A stretch of DNA of 12,742 bases, taken from positions 1 through 12,742 of the forward strand of contig JBFRWN010000093.1 in NCBI GenBank assembly GCA_051439605.1, in the 5' to 3' direction. A model generated the notes under the pieces. It did no database searches. It worked only from the letters and a program-made list of their open reading frames with translations, and was not told where the DNA came from. The translations under genes and the position numbers were made by a program. Positions within the stretch are counted from its first letter, which is position 1. Every line of letters starts with the position of its first letter. Positions 9,101 through 12,742 of the stretch are shown in pieces. This DNA comes from Synechococcus sp. (GTDB lineage Bacteria; Cyanobacteriota; Cyanobacteriia; Thermostichales; PCC-7336).

Positions 9101-9483
9101 AACAACTTCTAGTTAGCAGCTCATCTGAGGGCACAATATGTCTGTGGGATCTGCAGACAGGGCAGTTGCTCGCAGAATTTCAAGCTCATCAAGTCCCAAT
9201 ATGGAGTGTCAGTTTTAGTCCTGGCGGACAATATTTTGCCAGTGGCTCAACTGACCGCACTGCCTGTTTGTGGGATCTCGAAGCCTGTTTGAGGGATCTT
9301 AAAGACAAGAAAGTAGCCGTATTTCGAGGTCACAAGGGACCAGTCAGGAGTCTCAGCTTTAGTTCGGATGGCCAATTTTTAGCAACGGCTTCATCGGATG
9401 GCACAGCAAGGCTATGGCGAGCGCAGCTTGAAGATTTCGAGCATTTGCTGGCCAGGGGACACAAATGGTTGAGCGCATCTTAG
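6187..9483 (+). CDS. STAND (nSTAND1-like) NTPase with 14 C-terminal WD40 repeats and no N-terminal effector domain
   Basis: Begins almost directly with PYKGFEPFAREDAQLFFGRE. Walker A GTSGIGKSS, Walker B FIILDQFEE, ISIRED, PSYLQV. Fourteen countable WD40 units (FSPDG...LASGSxDGTVRLWD) at ~7690-9420, consistent with two 7-bladed propellers. Confidence 0.95.
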   Translation: MQSSIQQRTDQPYKGFEPFAREDAQLFFGREKEIERIVNYLKSSRITVLSGTSGIGKSSLLQAGVYSSLHRESLNNIKRYGVPKFAVVVFDDWQGDTLKKLIDQIQNEIEELSKKKFSPWTSTRDLCEVSRQCIHSLGKDRKEGTLFIILDQFEEYFRYHPQPEEGKGSFEVQFPKVVNKLGLGVNFLISIREDMIAKLARFRGAIPKILQNWLRLEPLDKDSACDAILNPIYKVYNYQHQEARISVEPALVERILTEINSDTKFKNGYENGDSKTRDLFRSTTFQPSYLQVLMQVLWEEETTKNSRKLNLQTLQEMGGAKAVLASYFENKLEQLAQNSDLRFKEIVAMFIGFLVTPGGTKISYPLEDLATKADIEESQLRSVLTALSQQHLINLVCDRDKLCYEISYDILIPVILEWHDTYWKKRNEAKLIAEKELSLAGPQALQDFLNTSQLGALQSLVQAGEDCKQYIDRGLLSKKYSTVSMEIVLQQILDNIQETSQLESHKGAVCNVTFDPEGRFLVSSSEDGTACLWDLSDNSSMICEGHRNWIWGLTFSPDGMLFATASDDKTVRLWDLQGHEQFHFPDLPSAVKSVDFSRDGHFLAAGCIGGTVHLWNLEGDRLSEFTAHLAPVLCVRFSPDSNSLVTGSADGTICWWNLDGEKQKEWKGHRKAVWCVSFSPEGNYLASCSADKTIKLWDSTTGSELKTLSGHKSWVLSVCFSSDGQFLASGSEDCTARVWDVERGIEVTEFVHAGPVNRVSFSPNGDRLATASADRKVHLWAWPDNRKFFFKQQEEVCFGVSFNPDGQSLATGASDGTVCLWDCMGNLLQDFKAHKSWVKQVAFDLDGKRLATGSADGTIGLWDLKGNELARFGEHRAPFWSVSFSPNGQYLASGSGDGVIVLWNLQSDVAKSFLGRLGAIWSIGFSPDGQLLASGSEDGTVRLWDLQGKELVKFHRPHGPILSVSFHPDPGKQLLVSSSSEGTICLWDLQTGQLLAEFQAHQVPIWSVSFSPGGQYFASGSTDRTACLWDLEACLRDLKDKKVAVFRGHKGPVRSLSFSSDGQFLATASSDGTARLWRAQLEDFEHLLARGHKWLSAS

Positions 9484-9555
9484 TGTTTTAGACGATCGGG
9501 CTTCGCGGTCATCTTTGTTGGAATGGAAGCAAAGTAAAACTTATGGCATGGAGAG

Positions 9556-9582
9556 GCTGAATAAGCTGAATAGGTTGAATAG
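9556..9582 (+). repeat. Three 9-bp tandem repeats
   Basis: GCTGAATAA GCTGAATAG GTTGAATAG. Confidence 0.8.
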
Positions 9583-9660
9583 GCCTTTAGCAAAATCGAA
9601 TTGCTCAAAGACAGCATCACAGACGAGAAGAAGTTGTCTAAGCTAAAGGGTTTTCAGGAA

Positions 9661-9756
9661 TATAGCGGTTTTCATTGGAGTGAGGTACAAGACTGTATCT
9701 ACAACTTTTGTATAGCAAGACTTTGGGTGTACCTCATTGATGCCGAAACCGCTATA
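9661..9756. mobile_element. MITE (92 bp plus TA target duplication), probably IS630-family derived
   Basis: 29-nt imperfect terminal inverted repeats, TATAGCGGTTTTCATTGGAGTGAGGTACA and TGTACCTCATTGATGCCGAAACCGCTATA (21/29 matches, in blocks of 11 and 9 plus one). TA flanks both sides and there is no ORF inside. Confidence 0.82.
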
Positions 9757-10144
9757 TCTGAATAAAACTTGGTTTATTTAGTCAATTACTGAGGGCGGGA
9801 GAAAGCGAATAAAACCTTTATGAGTCAATTGGCGGAATCCAACATCGATATACTTATCAATGCCCAACAGAAAAGAATTTATCAGACTATCCAACTAGAG
9901 TAAAATGCAGAACTAATATTACTCTTGGCATTCACTCGAATGTCTTAAAGCCTTTACAAGTAAAGCGCTAAAACTAACACAATAATCTGATACGCCTTCC
10001 ATCTCTACTCGACTTACCTAATAAATATGGGTTACAAATACTAAATAAAACTGAGCTTTACTGAGGCATTGACGTATTAGTTTAGTAACAGATTTTGTTT
10101 ATGAGCTCCTAGACATTATAAACACTAAACACTAGGTGACAAAT

Positions 10145-10567
10145 ATGAGTCTCACAAAACCCATTCTTTTCTCAATTTTTCTGGGAATCGCCACTACTCA
10201 AATGATAATTCCAATGAAATCTTATGGAGATGCAGTTTGCCTAACTGGATCGTATGTAAGTGCTGGAACAAGTGCTGATTTAGGCCGCTTTCGCGAACCT
10301 TACCGATATACTTTACCTCCCGGAAAGTCTCCAAGTGACATTGTCGGTATGGCTGTAGATGGCGAAAATAATTATAATTTTGTTTGGTTTAGAGATGGAA
10401 CGGTAAGTGCTGGAACAAGTGCTGATTTAGACCGCTTTCGCGAACCTTACCGATATAATTTGCCAGGTCCAAATATCAAGACAAGTGACATTGTCGGTAT
10501 GGCTATAGATGGTGAAAATAATTATAATTTTGTTTGGTTTGTTGGAGGAGATTCTAAAATATGTTGA
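10145..10567 (+). CDS. Small putative secreted protein with a signal peptide and two ~49-aa tandem repeats
   Basis: ATG 10145 is preceded by AGGTG. The N-terminus MSLTKPILFSIFLGIATTQMIIPMKSYG is signal-like. Two copies of VSAGTSADLxRFREPYRYxLP...SDIVGMAxDGENNYNFVWF follow. Confidence 0.8.
   Translation: MSLTKPILFSIFLGIATTQMIIPMKSYGDAVCLTGSYVSAGTSADLGRFREPYRYTLPPGKSPSDIVGMAVDGENNYNFVWFRDGTVSAGTSADLDRFREPYRYNLPGPNIKTSDIVGMAIDGENNYNFVWFVGGDSKIC
10256..10540 (+). repeat. Near-identical direct repeat, 147-nt period, 2 copies
   Basis: Copies at 10256-10390 and 10403-10540 both start GTAAGTGCTGGAACAAGTGCTGATTTAG and end AATTATAATTTTGTTTGGTTT. Confidence 0.92.
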
Positions 10568-10574
10568 TCTCAGA

Positions 10575-11115
10575 TGATAACAACGAACATTGTGGAAGCA
10601 GTTAGCTTGACCATGAAGGGAGTGAAAGTGTTTAAGTTGACACCATCCCCGACCAGGCCGATCGATCCAAATATCCTTTTTCAGACAAATGCGGTAGTGC
10701 CAGTGCCATTGCTGGGTGAGGGCTCTCATAAAGTCGGTATGGACAAAACCACGGTCGGCTAACAGAACAACTTTGACTCCTGCGGGCAAGCAGCGGCTTG
10801 AGAGAGGACCAGTTGGTCTTCAATGAAAGCCACCGAAGCACTGGTGCGACCCTCGCCAAGCCACTGGCAAGGCCCCCCTGCGATGAACGACTGCCAATCA
10901 GATGAGGCAATACTCATCCCAGTCCCAGAACAAAGACGTATCCAGACACAGATAGAGAATCTTCACTCCAGTCTGCCTACGCAACTCGAAGCAGTGGCTT
11001 GTAGAGTTGATGGATGTTGATGCGAGGGTTATTGAGCCAGCGACTGGTTCGCCGTTATTTGCCTTGGGCGTATCGCCTCAGCAATGGACGTAGGGCAGCC
11101 AGCGGGTGAGATTAG
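10575..11115 (-). pseudogene. IS4-family (DDE) transposase fragment with stops and frameshifts
   Basis: Minus-strand pieces NLTRWLPYVHC*, RWLNNPRINIHQLYKPLLRVA*ADWSE, YLCLDTSLFWD, EYCLI*LAVVHR and PAGVKVVLLADRGFVHTDFMRAL...WHWHYRICLKKDIWI. LDTS and LADRGF would carry the first two catalytic Asp residues. Truncated at both ends; boundaries approximate. Confidence 0.85.
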
Positions 11116-11351
11116 TCAAGCCTGCAATCCTTGCCTCACATTGCTTTCAGACGACTGATCTTCACTTTTGTCCGTCAGACAGCGATCAACCTCAATGCCA
11201 ATGTTTTCTTTGCAGAAAAGCAACATCTTAAGAATGCGTATACAAACTTTTGGAGTAATACTTTCAGTCTCCCAAGAATTCCTACAGAAACTCCACGTCT
11301 CTACGTGGACGTGGCTTGTCACCCAAAAACAGAGAAATACTACTTTTTCCC

Positions 11352-12742
11352 TTAGAAGGGCGATAGGTTTATCGAGAAATAAATTCCCTGCTCCTGCAGC
11401 GTCCGATCGCGATCCTCTCTCTCCAATAGTGGAATGCCCCAATCCAATCGCGCACTAAACTTATCGCTCAGCCGCAACTGCGCTCCCAGCCCAACCCCTA
11501 ATAAGTCCTGATTATCCGGGTCGGGCCGATCGCCAACATTCCATCCCAGCCCATAGTCGATAAACGGAATGAATTGAAATACACCGTCCACCTCCGGAAT
11601 CCGCAACACCGGAATTGCTGTCTCTGCAGAAACGAACCAACCACTATCTGTCAGTAACGCATCCTGACGATATCCCCTGACGCTATTCAGCCCCCCCAGC
11701 GTAATCTGCTCCTGAGACAACAACGGCCGATCCGCAAGCTGCACGTCCGATCGCAGCACAAACAACGTTTCAGGTGCTAGACGCCGCACGTACTGCGCCT
11801 GTCCCCGCCAAGCCCAAAACTGACTATCTGGGGAGCTCGAATTATCCGTCGCATCCAAAGCATTCAACCCAGCACTCACCTGCGATCGCGCAGCAAACAC
11901 ATACCGAGCCCCTCGCTGCGTCCAATCCTGAGACAAGCGCAAAGCCGTAATTCGAATCCGACCATCATCGTTGGCTCCCTCAGACAGCCGCACCCCCTGG
12001 CCAAAAATCTTTGTCTGACTCACCTGACCAGACAAAGAAACCCCCGCTGCTAACTCCCGTGTCGGATTTCGGATAATGGGTTGACGAAATCCCGCGCTCC
12101 AGTAGTGAGACTGACCCGTTAAATCGATCCGATCGAACGGGTCCTCAACCACCTCCGTATCGCTCAAGCCCCCCGTAAACTCAAATGTCCCGTTCAGCCC
12201 GTTAAACGGAACGCGATAGGAAAAATCACCCACATTGCTGCCATCCGTATTGGTATATCTGGCTGTTATCTTGTCGCCAAAACCCAACACGTTCCCTTGA
12301 CGGACATCCAACCCGCGCCGAATCGTGCCCACGCTCGGCACCCGACCGTTATTCGTAAACGCCGAAATCTCCCACGGATTCGCTTCCTCAACTCGAACCG
12401 TTAAAACACTCAACCCCGAACGAGACCCCGCCGACAGTTCGGCAGAAACCGACTCGATTAGCGGATCCAATTGCAACAACTGCAACGCTTCCAAAATTCG
12501 GTCTTGATTGAGAGCTCCCTCCGTAGCCACCCGCAACCGACTGCGAACGTACCCCTTCCACAGCCTGCGAGTCCCCGTCACCTCGATCCCTTCCAGCTCC
12601 CCCTCGACAATGCTAACTCTGACCACTGCATTTGTTGGTGACAGCGTTTGGTCGGCAACAATCACCGCCCCAGAGTTGAGGTAACCCGCCTGCACGTAGG
12701 CCCGTTCGATCGCCTTTTCAGCCTCAAGTAACTCCACAAACG
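11352..12742 (-). CDS. ShlB/FhaC/HecB family (TpsB, Omp85 superfamily) outer-membrane transporter, 5' end outside the window
   Basis: POTRA motifs (YVQAGYLNSGA, VRVSIVEG, LEALQLLQLDPLIESVSAELSAG), SVRGYRQD loop motif and a C-terminal Phe (YFSINLSPF). The frame stays open to the window edge, so GTG 12737 is probably not the true start. Confidence 0.93.
   Translation of the reverse strand, partial: FVELLEAEKAIERAYVQAGYLNSGAVIVADQTLSPTNAVVRVSIVEGELEGIEVTGTRRLWKGYVRSRLRVATEGALNQDRILEALQLLQLDPLIESVSAELSAGSRSGLSVLTVRVEEANPWEISAFTNNGRVPSVGTIRRGLDVRQGNVLGFGDKITARYTNTDGSNVGDFSYRVPFNGLNGTFEFTGGLSDTEVVEDPFDRIDLTGQSHYWSAGFRQPIIRNPTRELAAGVSLSGQVSQTKIFGQGVRLSEGANDDGRIRITALRLSQDWTQRGARYVFAARSQVSAGLNALDATDNSSSPDSQFWAWRGQAQYVRRLAPETLFVLRSDVQLADRPLLSQEQITLGGLNSVRGYRQDALLTDSGWFVSAETAIPVLRIPEVDGVFQFIPFIDYGLGWNVGDRPDPDNQDLLGVGLGAQLRLSDKFSARLDWGIPLLEREDRDRTLQEQGIYFSINLSPF

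Larger units (their letters stand above)
9529..9910 (+). pseudogene. Decayed ISKra4-like transposase C-terminal fragment
   Basis: Reads LWHGEAE*...AFSKIELLKDSITDEKKLSKLKGFQE[MITE]YLNK, then after a frameshift YLVNY*GREKANKTFMSQLAESNIDILINAQQKR. This resembles the LWHG...YLVNY...SxxAES.....IN.R.K region I recall from ISKra4-family transposases. Several stops are present and the boundaries are approximate. Confidence 0.65.

Noticed and set aside
9491..9520. Possible terminator after the STAND gene (GACGATCG...CGGTCATC then TTTGTT)
   Set aside because: The stem has a mismatch and a G-U pair, and the U tract is weak; too uncertain to call.
10256..10540. 147-nt direct repeat as a CRISPR array or DGR template/variable repeat pair
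   Set aside because: Only two long in-frame coding copies with no spacers. The differences include an indel and are not confined to adenines, and no reverse transcriptase or cas gene is in the window.
10574..11458. ORFs 10574-10762, 10632-10910, 10823-11020, 11116-11442, 11131-11355 and 11168-11458
   Set aside because: Shadows of the IS4 pseudogene or overlaps with the TpsB 3' end, with no recognisable domains. The listed 10427-10789 ORF is the transposase remnant running on into antisense sequence.

Overview
Probably cyanobacterial DNA (HIP1 GCGATCGC sites, cyanobacterial-type IS and MITE remnants). The core is an AT-rich, co-oriented three-gene cassette: a tRNA-dependent cyclodipeptide synthase (CDPS, XYP type, catalytic residues present), a SIR2-like + TIR protein whose SIR2 catalytic motifs look substituted while the TIR glutamate is retained, and an effector-less STAND NTPase with 14 WD40 repeats. 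Divergently transcribed from it is a second NLR-like gene (TIR-STAND-TM-WD40) that the ORF track missed because it runs off the left edge. To the right are a decayed ISKra4-like transposase remnant interrupted by a MITE, a small secreted two-repeat protein, an IS4-family transposase pseudogene and the 3' part of a ShlB/FhaC (TpsB) gene. The most notable observation is a CDPS with no tailoring enzymes at the head of an NLR/TIR/SIR2 module, a candidate cyclodipeptide-linked immune or signalling system. All family calls come from motif recognition by eye; no database searches were run.
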